Positions 38,901 through 47,517 of a DNA stretch of 64,000 nucleotides are shown here, piece after piece (position 1 is the stretch's first letter; each line of letters starts with the position of its first letter). The position numbers were made by a program, and so were the translations under genes. The notes below the pieces were generated by a model, which saw only the letters and a list, made by a program, of their open reading frames with translations, made no database searches and was not told where the DNA came from. The stretch lies in the sequence record NC_048792.1. One strand, 5' to 3'.

Positions 38901-40466
38901 GCGTATCGTTCTTACGCCAGTCAGCCTGTTAGTTCCCGTGCAACTATCGATATCCCGCCGTTTGAAGTATTGGCGGCAATCCAACGTGACCCATCCGTCG
39001 CCATCGTTGAGGATTCTAACCCAATCCACAACCTTAAAGAGAAAGAGAACGTAACTTACTCGGGTACAGGCGGTCGGTCTAAACGTGCAATGGTTCGTCG
39101 TACTCGTGCGTTCCATAAATCGGATATCGGTATTCGTGCAGAGGCATCGGTGGATAACGGTGACGTAGGGATTAACACATTCCTTACCGCTAACCCTAAC
39201 CTGACCTCGCTTCGTGGTACAGCAGTTCCAACTGTTGATCCGGATCCGAAGAACGGTGTCGGTAACCTTCTGAGTACGTCAGCGCTCGTAGCTCCATTTG
39301 CGACGTATGACGATCCGAAGCGTGTGTCGTTCATCTCTATTCAGCAATCCCACGTTATCGCCTCTAGTGATGCAATGGTTTCTCCTATCCGTACTGGGTA
39401 CGAGCAAGTCATGGCTCACCGTGTCGACGATACATTCGCTACCGCGGCTAAAGGCCCAGGGGTGGTGACAGAGAAAGGCCCTAACTACATGGTCGTAAAA
39501 TACGACGATGAGAAATTAGGTGAGGAGCGTATCCAATTAGGTCGTCGCTTCGGTGTGGTAACTGGTCACGTTGTTCCACACGCTGTAGTATCTGAACTGG
39601 AAGTGGGTAAGCGAGTAGTAGAAGGTGAGATCGTAAGTTACCATCCTGGGTTCTTCCAGCGCGACTGGCGTGACCCGACTCAGGTGCTGTGGAAGTCAGG
39701 TACTCTGGCCAACATCGCACTGATGGAAAACAACTCGACCTTTGAGGATGCGAGTTTGATCTCCGAATCACTCTCTAAACGTCTGCACACGCCGACTAGC
39801 CATACGCGTACTATCTTGGTTAACTTTAACCAGGGTATTCGTAATCTGGTAGCGGTTGGCGAACATGTAGATAATGAAACGGTTCTCGGCTACATTGAGG
39901 ATGAGGTTTCTTCTGCGAGTGATTTGTTCGACGAGTCCACTTTGGAAGCATTGAAACGTTTGGGTTCTCCAGCTCCGCGTGCTAAGTATGTAGGAGATAT
40001 CGAGAAAATCGAGGTAATCTATTTCGGTGAGAAGGAAGACATGTCTCCTTCATTACGGAAAATTGCGGATTACTACGATAACCAACGCGCCAAGCTTTCT
40101 AAGGCTTTGGGTGGTACAGAAGCGAAGACTGGGCAGATTTTCACGCCTACGCGATTGGACGGTCTCTCTATTGAGATTGATATGATGGCGATTCGTATCT
40201 ACATTACCCATGACCGCTCTATGGGTGACGGGGACAAGATCGTGGTGGGTAACCAGAAAAAGTCCGTGGTGTCTGGAGTGTTCACTGGTAAGTGCCGTAC
40301 TGTCGGCCCAGTGATTCCTGGCGATAAACCATGGGACGTTGATCTCCAGTTCTCGTACAAGTCCGTGAACGCTCGTATCGTAAACTCAGCGATGATGTCG
40401 GGGATGGTTAACATCCTTCTCCAACACATTGCCACTGCGATGCTAAACGCTTACAACGAAGAGTAG
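35955..40466 (+). CDS. rpoB: Virion RNA polymerase beta subunit, large part (phiKZ gp178-like)
   Basis: About 1500 aa. GTGGRS, YDDPKRVSFISIQQSH, MENNSTFEDASLISES, GDGDKIVVGNQKKSVVS. Confidence 0.92.
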   Translation: MSNITYPELYQRFGIRSTSGLTTPKLFNLENFKLPRGAIVHYLPQSVSDLGPDDQFFPIINERLRPYVDQVTDMTSHEGAPRRRGAFNVENLKRQWLIRNRRYRRVTDIARALDDRQTAIVVNYALIPMQWKYQPIPMARWFRFQNLMKTFADRVKYFGEQSSRPQFLFLTLPDVLPSRQYLNVSVEAYDVIQDARQAQQSNLQSQQGDTIARYYDNLYPGIMTGQGTAFSNEAFDASALGWGDEPAFESFDESSLSMGDDDPIVAVESMNRIRLGYFQDDASLFLSDLWKWMSENRDESILGSIPSNALKNLNLVVMRNGKFSLLSFDKLDQWVKSEENERGIGFGSMSQTMDRYLQNIVTTTSVSDKITVEEEVVETGEAEVSDIKVPEPQPGDPNVDVSVGDKGESDIARLRRSAQRVTKTPREILATKRSETPIQNTDVTATTSFQPEETTVVVDKPTPGKSEEEVIDTNNPLIKPVEKRSRDLLSKGLISGNEFKRHVRLANSFKSIKAPFGEGTLEDFMKIPHEQLWDFKAKEIPDIPHVVDKTMLKSTLLNYDQDYISNVFQKDVANMVVSLQKAGLAITDYRVEKKSDALNDLYDYTIKVVPVYGSPSTIRFQLPAVDKNGKYRVNGTKYFMRKLKFDKPIRKISPSIVALSTYYGKLFVERSSRASEDLGHVLVDLIERSSQLDVPTVTDLVLGNTFTEDQDVPREYSALAKEFVSFVLNGILFTFDYPNLANNYTEDVVVAAKAKGWVPVGRKGKEFIFMNNEGKLVDAKGNVLGSINEMLGLPDEKLPVEQVIVKIMGEEIPMAAILMYHMGITKLMNTLPVKPERRVKGTRVEPVPGTFELVFADEVWRFPVHGGNSSLIWASLQRWKKYLRSFSVQELDNPDTFNLLFGMANLSARYVREIDNINALFLDPIAIDVLRDMKEPTELNDLFIKAAFYLVTDNYPSDISSDGSLFRGYERMPGEVYRTLSNAYRSYASQPVSSRATIDIPPFEVLAAIQRDPSVAIVEDSNPIHNLKEKENVTYSGTGGRSKRAMVRRTRAFHKSDIGIRAEASVDNGDVGINTFLTANPNLTSLRGTAVPTVDPDPKNGVGNLLSTSALVAPFATYDDPKRVSFISIQQSHVIASSDAMVSPIRTGYEQVMAHRVDDTFATAAKGPGVVTEKGPNYMVVKYDDEKLGEERIQLGRRFGVVTGHVVPHAVVSELEVGKRVVEGEIVSYHPGFFQRDWRDPTQVLWKSGTLANIALMENNSTFEDASLISESLSKRLHTPTSHTRTILVNFNQGIRNLVAVGEHVDNETVLGYIEDEVSSASDLFDESTLEALKRLGSPAPRAKYVGDIEKIEVIYFGEKEDMSPSLRKIADYYDNQRAKLSKALGGTEAKTGQIFTPTRLDGLSIEIDMMAIRIYITHDRSMGDGDKIVVGNQKKSVVSGVFTGKCRTVGPVIPGDKPWDVDLQFSYKSVNARIVNSAMMSGMVNILLQHIATAMLNAYNEE

Positions 40467-40483
40467 TCAGTAGTTACGTAGCC

Positions 40484-40507
40484 GCTGGGTAGGGGCCCCT
40501 ACCCAGC
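40484..40507 (+). terminator. Terminator
   Basis: GCTGGGTAGG-GGCC-CCTACCCAGC followed by TTACTTTTT. Confidence 0.75.
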
Positions 40508-40534
40508 TTACTTTTTGATGGAAGGTTTCAAAAC

Positions 40535-40720
40535 ATGAACGACAATCAGGCAGTTACCGTCCTGTCATTGGCGAATATCCTCGAGGCTGGGAAGCGTGTA
40601 CTGAAGAACGCGAAAAGCGAAGACTTCATTATCCCAGAAGGCGCTAACGTTGAGGAAGACTTGGCCGCTGCAATTGCTAGCGAAGTCCGTAATCAGAAAA
40701 TTGACCAGGGGATTGCGTAA
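40535..40720 (+). CDS. Small hypothetical protein
   Basis: 61 aa; TAATG coupling to the next gene. Confidence 0.65.
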   Translation: MNDNQAVTVLSLANILEAGKRVLKNAKSEDFIIPEGANVEEDLAAAIASEVRNQKIDQGIA

Positions 40721-42201
40721 TGCTCAGTAATAAATCAGTAGAACTGGCTCAGATGATTGTAAGCAACGAATGTGCTTGCGTAACTCCTCGCCCTAACTCT
40801 ATCCTGGAAGAAGCTGTCGTTAACTCGGCACCTGTTCTTCAGACCGAAGGCCCTTCGCTGGAATCCTTCGCCCAAGAAATGATCGTTGCCTCAGCGCGTG
40901 AAGCTGACGGGTTCGATCTCCACGACGCAGCAATCTCTGACGTCGTTGCTACCGTCGGCCCCGCTCTGGTTCGTCAGATCAAATATGTACGTGACGTTGT
41001 CGTCCCGTTCATCACTGAAACCTCTGCGACCCTGATGGATAAAGTTCAGGAATCTGAACCACTGGAATACGAAATTGTTCCTGTCGGTATCGGTGACCTG
41101 AGCACTCTGCCAGTAGTTGCTGAACTGTTCGGTAAAATGAACAGTAACGTACCTTTTGCTCGTCTGATCAAAGACGCCCCGGCTAAGACCGATGCAGAGC
41201 TCATCAATGCCCTGCGTACCGGTTTACCTGAGCTGGACGATGCAATGGCAGCCACCATCGCTAAATACGGCCACAGCCGCATTGTGGAAATGTACGAAGC
41301 CTTCTTCCGCGGTACCTTTAACCAGGCCAACGACGAAGTCTCTCGCGGCATCTACAACATGATCGTCAAGTCTGGCGACGGCTATCGCTTCTCTCTGGTT
41401 AACCCAGGTATCGTTGACCTGGCCATCGTTGGGTATTTCCTGATCGATAGCTTCATGGACAACGTAATCCCAGGCACCGGCATGTCGCTGGATCAGTACA
41501 AAGGCGTTATCCAGGGGATGAAACTCTCCATGGGTCAACAGATCCAAAACCTGATCCGTAACTTCACTGACGACGTTAAACGTCAACGTCTGATCATCCG
41601 TTGGGCGGACCAGCGCGGTATCGTTACCGATGCGAGCAAAGCGCGTATCCTGGTTAACGAAATCGTTTACACCAATGCCCTGGCTCAGGACGTTACTCCT
41701 GAAATCATCATTGGCGGCATGATGGATCCTCGTGGTGCTAAGATGGACTTGCAGTCCTTCATCACCAACGCACGTTTCTATCAAGGCCTGTGGGAACAAC
41801 TGGATAAGTCTCGCAACGACTTCGTTGAGAAAGGATTCCAGCTGCGCCTGAAAAATATCATCGCCCCGGTTATCGAACAGAAACTCCAAGCGCTGCCGAA
41901 CGATTATCTGCCAGACGGCTACGATCGTACCGCCCGCGTTAAAGCTATCCTCGATAACCTGAACGCAAGTGGCCTGAACGCTTATGGCGATTGGGACATG
42001 GCCGGCGTACCTAACCTGTTCTACCTGGTTAAGAACATCGCCACCACCGGTATCTTTAACTTCATTGATACCCGTTCCATCATCGATATCATCGAACGCG
42101 ATATCGAAGAGGGCGAAGAAAAGCCGGAGTACGCAGCTTATCGTGCAGCTGTTATCTACCTGGCTAAATGGCTGGTATCCCAGTTCGACGTCACCGCGTA
42201 A
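40720..42201 (+). CDS. Abundant structural/head-associated protein (phiKZ gp177-like position)
   Basis: 493 aa with strong codon bias; SLE/ARE possible protease sites; lies in the gp178-gp175 syntenic block. Confidence 0.6.
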   Translation: MLSNKSVELAQMIVSNECACVTPRPNSILEEAVVNSAPVLQTEGPSLESFAQEMIVASAREADGFDLHDAAISDVVATVGPALVRQIKYVRDVVVPFITETSATLMDKVQESEPLEYEIVPVGIGDLSTLPVVAELFGKMNSNVPFARLIKDAPAKTDAELINALRTGLPELDDAMAATIAKYGHSRIVEMYEAFFRGTFNQANDEVSRGIYNMIVKSGDGYRFSLVNPGIVDLAIVGYFLIDSFMDNVIPGTGMSLDQYKGVIQGMKLSMGQQIQNLIRNFTDDVKRQRLIIRWADQRGIVTDASKARILVNEIVYTNALAQDVTPEIIIGGMMDPRGAKMDLQSFITNARFYQGLWEQLDKSRNDFVEKGFQLRLKNIIAPVIEQKLQALPNDYLPDGYDRTARVKAILDNLNASGLNAYGDWDMAGVPNLFYLVKNIATTGIFNFIDTRSIIDIIERDIEEGEEKPEYAAYRAAVIYLAKWLVSQFDVTA

Positions 42202-42210
42202 GGAGAGCCA

Positions 42211-42936
42211 ATGGATATCTCTGCATTAAAGCGTAATGCAGATGCTGTCAAGGCTACACTCGAAGAAACTAAACAAGGCAGCCTGGTCACTAAGACCGGC
42301 TGCCGTATTCAGATTCAAGAGTCGTTTCGTTCTAAGAAGCTGATTTCCATGGGTATTGAAACCCTGATCGTTGGCTTCTTTACAATGATTAACCCGGACG
42401 GCAGTTACGCAGTTACGACTACCCCAAGTATGTTCCGTACCAAACCTGCTTCGATCAAGACAGTTGAGATCAAAGGCGTTTCTTATTACGAGCTGACCTA
42501 CAAGCCTGGACAAACTGTCTTTGCTTCCCTGGATCTGCTGAAAGACAACACCTTGCTGTATTATCTGTTCGAAGAAGTATTGGCGCGCGGACGTATCCCT
42601 TGGTTTATGTCGTACACCGACCTCTCCAACTTCTTTACCCTGTCCCCGTACTATACCGGGACGCATCTGGTGGCCACACCGTCTATCGGTGAAATGATCG
42701 TAGCGCAGATCGCCCGCCAGGACAGTAACCGTCGTTTACCTTTGCGTCAAAGCGTGAAGAAGTATTCTGACGTTTACACGATTCCTTATTCATGGATTCC
42801 ATTGCGTAACGTAGTGGATGGTTCTACGGATACCACGACCAAGATCTCCGGTAGTTATACCGCAGATGGTCTGGATTCGGCGATTGTTAACCCTAACACG
42901 GTAATTCAACCGATCGAAGCGATCCTGAGGACGTAA
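42211..42936 (+). CDS. Conserved hypothetical (phiKZ gp176-like position)
   Basis: 241 aa, RBS AAGGAG. Confidence 0.65.
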   Translation: MDISALKRNADAVKATLEETKQGSLVTKTGCRIQIQESFRSKKLISMGIETLIVGFFTMINPDGSYAVTTTPSMFRTKPASIKTVEIKGVSYYELTYKPGQTVFASLDLLKDNTLLYYLFEEVLARGRIPWFMSYTDLSNFFTLSPYYTGTHLVATPSIGEMIVAQIARQDSNRRLPLRQSVKKYSDVYTIPYSWIPLRNVVDGSTDTTTKISGSYTADGLDSAIVNPNTVIQPIEAILRT

Positions 42937-42938
42937 CC

Positions 42939-43652
42939 ATGGACATCGAACTCGGGTTAATGGAGTACTTACTTAAGTTTCCTCCGTATGTCATTGAAGG
43001 TCTGGAGATTGACAAGTCGAATCCGGTCTTGCTCCACATCTCCCCAAACCCGAATATTCGAGAGTTCGTTCCTCGTCCAATTCAGCGGACGATGAAAGGA
43101 GAAGATGAATACGTCCCTCGTGTTTGCACGGGGGTCGGTTTACTGGATTGCCTACGCGGCTATGCCGTAGCGATTAACGACTTCCTTAAAAAAGAAGCCA
43201 CTTGTGCAGGTGACGATGATTGGCTAGGTGGTTACACCATTTACGCCATCCCTAACGAGGTCGCTTTAAAGCCTAGTCCGCGTATGGCTCCTATCTCGAA
43301 GTGGTGTGAGGAAAGGTGGTTGGTTCCTTACGAGGGCCCTAACCAACCGTATATCCCCGAAGTCGTAGGGAAGTTCTTTATCAACGATGTTAAGTTGGAA
43401 GAGGACAGAACTATTGTAACCGAGTTATTCTTACACGTCGAAAAGGAACCGATGATCTTTGATCGTCATCTGACGTTATTTCCCGGTTATTGGAGAATCG
43501 TTATTCCTCACCTTAACTCGTATTTCGAGGAGAGGTTTAAACGATCTGGTGTTGAAGTCAGTAAGTTGGATTCTAAAGAATTCACTGTCTCCAAGCAGAG
43601 CAAGGCGCATTTACTTTCCTATGACGTTAATTCATTTATAAAGCGCTGGTGA
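42939..43652 (+). CDS. Hypothetical protein, possible ADP-ribosyltransferase-like fold
   Basis: LLHIS..FVPR..EDEYVPRVCTG..LLDCLRG..YTIYAI. The ORF is solid; the fold is speculative. Confidence 0.55.
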   Translation: MDIELGLMEYLLKFPPYVIEGLEIDKSNPVLLHISPNPNIREFVPRPIQRTMKGEDEYVPRVCTGVGLLDCLRGYAVAINDFLKKEATCAGDDDWLGGYTIYAIPNEVALKPSPRMAPISKWCEERWLVPYEGPNQPYIPEVVGKFFINDVKLEEDRTIVTELFLHVEKEPMIFDRHLTLFPGYWRIVIPHLNSYFEERFKRSGVEVSKLDSKEFTVSKQSKAHLLSYDVNSFIKRW

Positions 43653-43659
43653 AGAAATC

Positions 43660-44409
43660 ATGGGATCTGTATTTGAAGTAACTGCCTTGAAAGGGGTAAA
43701 CAAGGTAGGGGAGATCAAGCGCCTGGACAATAACTATCTCGAAGTTATTCTGGGTGCTCTGGAGTTCCCTAACAGTATTGGCGCAGTCTACGACATGGAT
43801 CGTGCTATGCGGTTCTTCGAACCAGGTAGTATTTTCCAGCGCCGTATCGTACAGGGCTTCCTTCGTGGTGAATTAGGTCACCCGAAAGAATATAACTGCC
43901 GCGACTACCGTCAGTATGTGGAACGCATCCACACCATTGACGAAGGTAACTGGGCTATCCATATTCGTAAAGTAACTATCGTTCCTGGCTATCGTTTACC
44001 GAACGGTCAGGTTGTTACTGCGATTATCGGTGAAGTCTGTCCGACGGGCGTACATGCACCGGTTGTTGAACGTATCCTGGCTAACCCAGATGAGAATCTG
44101 GCATTCAGCATTCGTTCGATGGCCACTGACCGTATCGTAGGCGGTAAACGTCGTAAATATCTGGACAACGTGATTACGTTTGACGTGGTTAACGAACCGG
44201 GTATCTCGATCGCTACCAAATACAATGCACCTGCATGTGAATCTATGGACCTGGCAGCAGTGTTCCCTGAGATTATTCGTAGCATGGTTAATGACACTGA
44301 GAAAGAAGTTGCTCTGGAAAGTTCTTTGGGGCAGACCGTTGAAGCTATCCGTGCCATTGATCGCCGCGAATACGTGCGCAATCATTCGAGTGCCATTACT
44401 CGTTGGTAA
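43660..44409 (+). CDS. Prohead (head maturation) protease (phiKZ gp175-like)
   Basis: GELGHP, AFSIRS, TFDVVNEPGI motifs of the T4 gp21/phiKZ gp175 family. Confidence 0.88.
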   Translation: MGSVFEVTALKGVNKVGEIKRLDNNYLEVILGALEFPNSIGAVYDMDRAMRFFEPGSIFQRRIVQGFLRGELGHPKEYNCRDYRQYVERIHTIDEGNWAIHIRKVTIVPGYRLPNGQVVTAIIGEVCPTGVHAPVVERILANPDENLAFSIRSMATDRIVGGKRRKYLDNVITFDVVNEPGISIATKYNAPACESMDLAAVFPEIIRSMVNDTEKEVALESSLGQTVEAIRAIDRREYVRNHSSAITRW

Positions 44410-44420
44410 AGCAAAATAGG

Positions 44421-44442
44421 GAGAGAGGCGTTTGCCTCTCTC
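44421..44442 (+). terminator. Terminator
   Basis: GAGAGAGGC-GTTT-GCCTCTCTC followed by TTTTT. Confidence 0.8.
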
Positions 44443-44505
44443 TTTTTGTTTGTTGTTTCGGCAAATTATATAGAGCCTAGCGCCTACCAATAAAGGAACC
44501 TTTAC

Positions 44506-45201
44506 ATGGCCATTGAAGCAGGTATTTACGATGACCCTAAATTACCTTGTGTAATCCAGGCTATCAACCCAGCAGCACCCTGGACAAAGACACCGCGCGT
44601 CGTGGACTTTGTCGGAGAAACAAAACCCTGGAAATCGATCCCTATCATTTCTTGGGTAATTCAATATCGTGAAGTTGACTTCCGTAAGAAGTTGGCTGAC
44701 TACTTAGTTGCACAGAACAAATTCGGTGATCCAGTACTCGTTCGTAAAGCTATCATGGACTTACCGGATAACTCAGTGAACTCTACTCTGGGTAATATCT
44801 TCTACGGCGTTACAACGCTCGCTGCGGGCATGTTACGTCCGAGGCTGGATAACCAGATGACTACGAGTGCCCCTGCCACGTATCAGCTCTGGTTGGCTTA
44901 TTACATGGCAGAGATGTTCGCCGCAGAACTGGAAGGCAAGGACGATAACGAATCCCGTTACCGTCGTAAAGAAATGCTCTCCACTCGTGAAGTTGTAGGT
45001 TACACAATGCGACAAGCACTGACCCGTAACCCTAACATTAACTGGGGTAATAAAGTTATCTTAGACGCTACCGATGCTATCGAGGTTCGCGATACACTCT
45101 ATTGCAACCGCGCAGCACTGGACGTCTATTTGAGCAGAGGCGGTACGTTGAACACCTTAGGCGCAGATTGGCTGACTAAAGGGACTAACCCTACCGTATA
45201 A
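44506..45201 (+). CDS. Hypothetical protein
   Basis: 231 aa, RBS AAGGA. Confidence 0.75.
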   Translation: MAIEAGIYDDPKLPCVIQAINPAAPWTKTPRVVDFVGETKPWKSIPIISWVIQYREVDFRKKLADYLVAQNKFGDPVLVRKAIMDLPDNSVNSTLGNIFYGVTTLAAGMLRPRLDNQMTTSAPATYQLWLAYYMAEMFAAELEGKDDNESRYRRKEMLSTREVVGYTMRQALTRNPNINWGNKVILDATDAIEVRDTLYCNRAALDVYLSRGGTLNTLGADWLTKGTNPTV

Positions 45202-45205
45202 AGAG

Positions 45206-45223
45206 GAGGGACTTCGGTCCCTC
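45206..45223 (+). terminator. Terminator
   Basis: GAGGGAC-TTCG-GTCCCTC followed by TTTTATTTTTT. Confidence 0.8.
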
Positions 45224-45282
45224 TTTTATTTTTTACAGTTACTCCACTGGTATGTGGAACTACCAAAAAGGTTGGACTAAAG

Positions 45283-46068
45283 ATGATTGAGAACAAAATG
45301 GTTCAGACACTTAACGATCCTCGTTCTGGTCTGAATAACTCTCAAAAGAAACTGGCTGTTGCTAACTCGGTTAAAAGTGTAGCCGAGCAAGTTCTGGGTG
45401 GCGTCTATAACTACGCAGTACTGATCGCAGCATTGACTGATGAGAAATTCAACGTCAACCCTAAGATTCGTATCGTTGCCAAGGGTGACGTTAGCGATTA
45501 TCAGGTCGACGAAGACGGAGAGGATTCCGTTATCCTTTCGGTTAACCCTAAGTTGCTGAACCTGGCTAACTTGGCGGACTTCAAAGTAGCGGTTGGTGCT
45601 GCTATGAAGAAAACCCAGGGACTGAATCCTACCGAAGCTCTGCGTACTACCGGTACCATGATTACTGCTTACAGTAACTCACTGGTTATGGATTACAACG
45701 AAGCTAAGGAAGATGTTCGTGACCAGATGTTCGCTTCTCTGGCTACTAACGTCTTCAACTATCTGCGTAACTACACGCCGGATGTTATCTCTAACATTGC
45801 CGACGCCACGGTATTTAAAGATACCTGGGTAACTGCAGGTAAGAAGTATCAGCACGAAGAGAACGACGTAAACGGCTTGGTTAATCGCTGTACGTTTGCT
45901 CTGTTCGAAATCATCTACGGTATCCTGGCAGCAGATGCACGCATCTTCTACGGCCATTATAAAACCGTAGCGGCAGCAACAGACCGTACTCAAAACGGCG
46001 GGATTGATATTCGTACTGGGACTGACGAATTCATCACGACTTATCTGATGCTCTGCCTGCGCGACTAA
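45283..46068 (+). CDS. Hypothetical protein
   Basis: 261 aa, preceded by GGTATG at about 45249. Confidence 0.75.
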   Translation: MIENKMVQTLNDPRSGLNNSQKKLAVANSVKSVAEQVLGGVYNYAVLIAALTDEKFNVNPKIRIVAKGDVSDYQVDEDGEDSVILSVNPKLLNLANLADFKVAVGAAMKKTQGLNPTEALRTTGTMITAYSNSLVMDYNEAKEDVRDQMFASLATNVFNYLRNYTPDVISNIADATVFKDTWVTAGKKYQHEENDVNGLVNRCTFALFEIIYGILAADARIFYGHYKTVAAATDRTQNGGIDIRTGTDEFITTYLMLCLRD

Positions 46069-46077
46069 ATCAAAATA

Positions 46078-46113
46078 ATTTCAAGTATATATCACTACTT
46101 TGCAAGCGGATAA
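46078..46113 (+). promoter_or_regulatory. Putative early (vRNAP) promoter
   Basis: ATTTCAAGTATATATCACTACTTTGCAAGCGGATAA, 31/36 identical to 8536-8571. Confidence 0.7.
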
Positions 46114-46175
46114 TAGAGTGCACTTTCTTATCCGCTATTTTACCTTTCGATAAAAATCCATATGGAGTTAAAACA

Positions 46176-46631
46176 ATGTCTGACGTTAAAGCAAAAGAAG
46201 TAACCCTGGAAATCTCTGCCGACATCCGTACTCTGGCTGACAAGCTGAAAGAGAACATGACTATCAGCGAACACGGCGTAATGACCGTCGCAGAAAATTC
46301 CTTCCTGGACAACGCACCGAAAGAAGTGAAAGAGCACTTCGCATCCGTCCAAAACTACGAAAGCGCTTTCGCAACTTCTCTGATGCTGGCCGGCGGCGAA
46401 AACGCCATCGACTTCCTGAAGTCCAACAAAGAAGTGAAACGCGTTGCCGGCGTAGTCGCCACTGGTAATACCCAGATGGCGTTCAACTACACCGCACCAA
46501 CCGGCCGTAAGCAAGACGGCACCATGAAAGATCCTTCCATCAGCACCGTGTATCGTCGCAAAGAGCACGAAGATCACACGGCGGTTCGCCAGGCGCTGAC
46601 TGAGAAGACCCGCACGACTCTGTTCGATTAA
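46176..46631 (+). CDS. Hypothetical protein (putative early, highly expressed)
   Basis: 151 aa, RBS GGAG, host-optimal codons. Confidence 0.8.
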   Translation: MSDVKAKEVTLEISADIRTLADKLKENMTISEHGVMTVAENSFLDNAPKEVKEHFASVQNYESAFATSLMLAGGENAIDFLKSNKEVKRVAGVVATGNTQMAFNYTAPTGRKQDGTMKDPSISTVYRRKEHEDHTAVRQALTEKTRTTLFD

Positions 46632-46657
46632 TCGAAACAGATCGGCGTTGAAACAAA

Positions 46658-46679
46658 CGGGAGGGGATTACCTCTCCCG
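46658..46679 (+). terminator. Hairpin
   Basis: CGGGAGGGG-ATTA-CCTCTCCCG. Confidence 0.55.
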
Positions 46680-46719
46680 ATAATTCTCCAGAAACAAAAA
46701 AAGACTGAGGTCTATTGTC

Positions 46720-47292
46720 ATGACGACTACCAATACCATCATCGATAAAGCAGTAGAAGAAGCAAAGAACCTGGGTAAGGAAGTTCGCCAATCTCTGCTG
46801 GGTAACGTTAACGGTAACGACTTCGTTGCTATCGACCAAACGTATCCAACGATGATCGAAACTGATGCCACTCCGGCAACGCGCCGCGTAAACCGCGAAA
46901 AGCATCAGGAGTACCTGGATCGCGTAAGTAAGATGATCCTGACTCACTCCCTGTTCCTCGGCCTGGGCATCGAGCCTCCTACCGGTCACGCGCTGAAGAA
47001 AGAGCTGGCAGCTGAGCTGGCTACCGAATGCAACGCAACCTTCACCAAACAAGCCAGCGCCGAACACGGCGAGATCTATTCGACTACAGTCGAACTGGAA
47101 GATGCGCAATACCGCTTCCTGGAAACCGATCTGTGGCTGGCATACCTGCGCGCGATCCACTTCGCCGTAACCCGTAACGATCCGGATCTGACCGAAATCA
47201 TCAACCGCAAGCTGGCGGCTGAAAACGGCCTGAACGATGCCGAATGGCTGGATGCTGCTTATAAAGCAGACGAAGCTAAAAAGGCTGGTTAA
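46720..47292 (+). CDS. Hypothetical protein (putative early)
   Basis: 190 aa, RBS GAGG, GC-rich host-like codons. Confidence 0.8.
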   Translation: MTTTNTIIDKAVEEAKNLGKEVRQSLLGNVNGNDFVAIDQTYPTMIETDATPATRRVNREKHQEYLDRVSKMILTHSLFLGLGIEPPTGHALKKELAAELATECNATFTKQASAEHGEIYSTTVELEDAQYRFLETDLWLAYLRAIHFAVTRNDPDLTEIINRKLAAENGLNDAEWLDAAYKADEAKKAG

Positions 47293-47340
47293 TCCAATAG
47301 ACGGAGGGGAGCAAAAGCTCCTCTCCCCTATAACTGAATT

Positions 47341-47452
47341 TTACTGAGTAAGCAGACTTAGTCAGTAATGTTTGGAGAAAAGTCGAAAGACCTTTAGGGT
47401 ACCTTCGGGTATCAGAGAGGGGTCCAAGGAATCGGGCCCCTCTCTATTTTTT
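47341..47452 (+). ncRNA. Candidate small structured RNA
   Basis: Gene-free stretch with four consecutive hairpins, including GAAA and C-TTCG-G tetraloops, ending in a strong terminator. Confidence 0.3.
47414..47452 (+). terminator. Intrinsic terminator
   Basis: AGAGAGGGGTCC-N8-GGGCCCCTCTCT followed by ATTTTTTT. Confidence 0.8.
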
Positions 47453-47517
47453 TGCTGCTTTTCTTTTTTTTGTCTTTTTTTACAATGTTCTGAGATGTCT
47501 ATAGGAGGAATTTTTGG

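Noticed and set aside
41224-41889. 221-aa minus-strand ORF
   Set aside because: Antisense shadow of the strongly biased 493-aa gene.
46540-47160. 206-aa minus-strand ORF spanning two early genes
   Set aside because: Antisense shadow crossing a hairpin; no start context.
47341-47400. Possible hammerhead ribozyme or tRNA
   Set aside because: CTGAGTAA does not match CUGANGA, and there is no cloverleaf with TTCGA and acceptor stem. Kept only as a generic structured-RNA candidate.
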